From Paraspadella gotoi (Eukaryota; Animalia; Chaetognatha): DNA of 64,000 bases. Shown here in pieces: positions 62,407 to 64,000 of this stretch. The position numbers were made by a program, and so were the translations under genes. Position 1 is the first letter of the stretch. Each line of letters begins with the position of its first letter. The notes under the pieces were generated by a model. The model was not told where the DNA came from, did no database searches, and saw nothing but the letters and a program-made list of their open reading frames with translations. The DNA is taken from positions 491,523-555,522 of the forward strand of contig CM119267.1 in NCBI GenBank assembly GCA_051294375.1. Reading direction: 5' to 3'.

Positions 62407-62903
62407 CTGTAGATCAACGGGGATAAATAGGGTGGGGGATTGGGGATCGATTACCGGTGGGGGATCGGGGATCGATTACTGGTCGAGCGCTCGCGCGAAT
62501 AAATAGCTTTTGTGATATGAAACTCTTCAGTGAGAATGCGACAAACTACCAGTTCACATTTACGCTTTGTTTTAGTTATTACTTAGGGTATTATTTTTCT
62601 TTGTAACTTTTATATCATTTTTATTTTCTAGACGAATCAAGCGTTAAAAAACAAAAACAAACTATATAATCCGTTAATAGATTTCGTACACTGCCGATTA
62701 TTCTCAACTCGCGAACCGATTTTTTTTTCGATAGAAGAAAAATACAAAACCTCTTTTCTCCTTCTGAACCAAAAAACAAAAAAACAAAACCTTTTCAACT
62801 TGAATCATGCTGCGGCGACATCCGCAACTCGGCTTCACTATCGCCGCTGGCATCATGAGCTCTCATTAACGCCTCTAAACCTAACGCCGCAGTCGCCGCC
62901 GCA

Positions 62904-64000
62904 ATGCTGGGCCGATTCCGCAGCGCGGTAAACACGGCCTTCGACGGCCTCGTCTCTTTCGCCGGCCAACCGCCGGGCGACGGGAACGGACTCTACCCTC
63001 CCTCCCCCGACCTCAACCTCAAACCCAAATACATCTACGGAAGACCCCACTTTCTCAAGCTCTCTCCCGACGAGGTGAGAAAATTTGTAAGAGATTATTT
63101 CTTCATGTAATCTTTAGTGAGACCAAATCCCTCAATTTCATTTACATAATGTAGTGATGAACTTCAATTGTCATGTTTTTGTGGTTTTATAGTTGGATAT
63201 TAGTTATGGTCTTTAGCAATGTTAATAATTTACAAGAATTTAACAAGTTAAAATATTAATGATTATAACGAGTTTATTCCTCATATTGATTGACTTTCTC
63301 ATATCTGGTAGTTTATAAATTTGTTTAAGGATAAAAATATGGAGTTTATGGCAACAGCCGGGTTGCCTATGATGCCCATTGGGATGGGGCATCTCACTGT
63401 TGGTTTTGGGGGCTTCCGACCCTCAGTGACGCCTCCAGTCACTGGCACGGTTACCCTAGGACGGTCTCGCTTTGCCAACGCAGAAGGAAGTCGTTAGGAC
63501 TGTGGATGGAACACTACGCCTGGGATGGTGTGTTCCCCCTCTGAGCCAATGGATTTGGCTGAAGGATGGAGGACGTGAGGCGTTGTGAATATACCGCCAC
63601 AAGTTCCTTATTTTTTATACGTAACTGAATGAGAAGAGAGAAAAAGAGGCTAATTTTTGGGAAATGATTCTTTCCAGGTTCAAGCATCCTGTGATCACAG
63701 CCTCCGCCCGATTCTCATTCCGCGAAACTCGACGCGTCTCCCGTGGAACGCGGGTTACGCCGAAGTCGTCAATGCCGGAAAATCAAAGCATAACGAAGAC
63801 CAGGTCCGTCGAAAGGGAGAGAAGATTCTTGTGGAGGCGAAAACCAAAGAATTCTTCTTTATTAAAAATAATAATTGATTTATTATTAAAGAGAGACACA
63901 CACACTAATTCACTATTTTTTTTTCTCTCCGTTCGCTCGAATCCTGATCGTTTTGCTTCTCTTCCTCATTAAGGCCGCTTGCCATGCGTTCGACATCCAC
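62904..64000 (+). CDS. PPM1H: Protein phosphatase PPM1H/J-like (PP2C), 5' part
   Basis: MLGRFRSAV...YGRPHFLKLSPDEVQASCDHSLRPIL...LPWNAGYAEVVNAGKSKHNEDQA. Confidence 0.88.
63347..63601 (-). mobile_element. 255-bp solo-LTR-like element with a 4-bp TSD (AGTT) in PPM1H intron 1
   Basis: agtt|tatggcaac...ccgccaca|agtt; reverse complement of 32152-32406 with few substitutions. Confidence 0.75.

Noticed and set aside
294-63050. The many - strand ORFs in the ORF track (e.g. 40119-41183, 27848-28660, 46036-46752)
   Set aside because: They are antisense shadows of GC-rich + strand exons or low-complexity DNA, with no recognisable motifs.
1-64000. Prokaryotic operon or bacterial contamination as the explanation for strand uniformity
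   Set aside because: The genes are eukaryote- or animal-specific and are interrupted by about 60 GT-AG introns.

Overview
This is eukaryotic, intron-containing animal (metazoan-like) genomic DNA, with GC- and CpG-rich exons and AT-rich introns and spacers. By hand-splicing I count 28 apparently intact protein-coding genes plus one pseudogene fragment, and every one lies on the + strand. In order they are TNPO3 (3' end), NPL, CENP-C, an NPL fragment, a DUF547 protein, fibrillarin, FANCB-like, RSRC1, LARP7, HRI/EIF2AK1, MOCS2A, COA5, RPL32, a BTB-BACK protein, FKBP6, HMGB-like, SLX1, CDPF1, zeta-tubulin, ZNHIT1, DEK, ISOC, HAPSTR1/C16orf72, ADPGK, hinderin/KIAA1328, SLC45A3-like, POMT2, GGPS1 and PPM1H (5' end). 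Stop-to-start spacers are 4 bp to about 1.4 kb, and most genes have an unpaired pyrimidine-tract+AG just upstream of the ATG. This points to a very long operon-like (polycistronic, probably SL trans-spliced) unit of 64 kb or more. Two gene pairs (CDPF1/zeta-tubulin, 4-nt spacer; MOCS2A/COA5, 48-nt spacer) look like dicistronic mRNAs. The only - strand coding signal I found is a lone spliced terminal exon of a beta-tubulin at 62276-62406, which implies an antisense gene interleaved with the cluster. Introns often use AAG/GAG acceptors and carry several dispersed repeat families. Gene identities come from my recall of family motifs, not from database searches. Exon boundaries are manual, and a few frameshifts are probably assembly indels.
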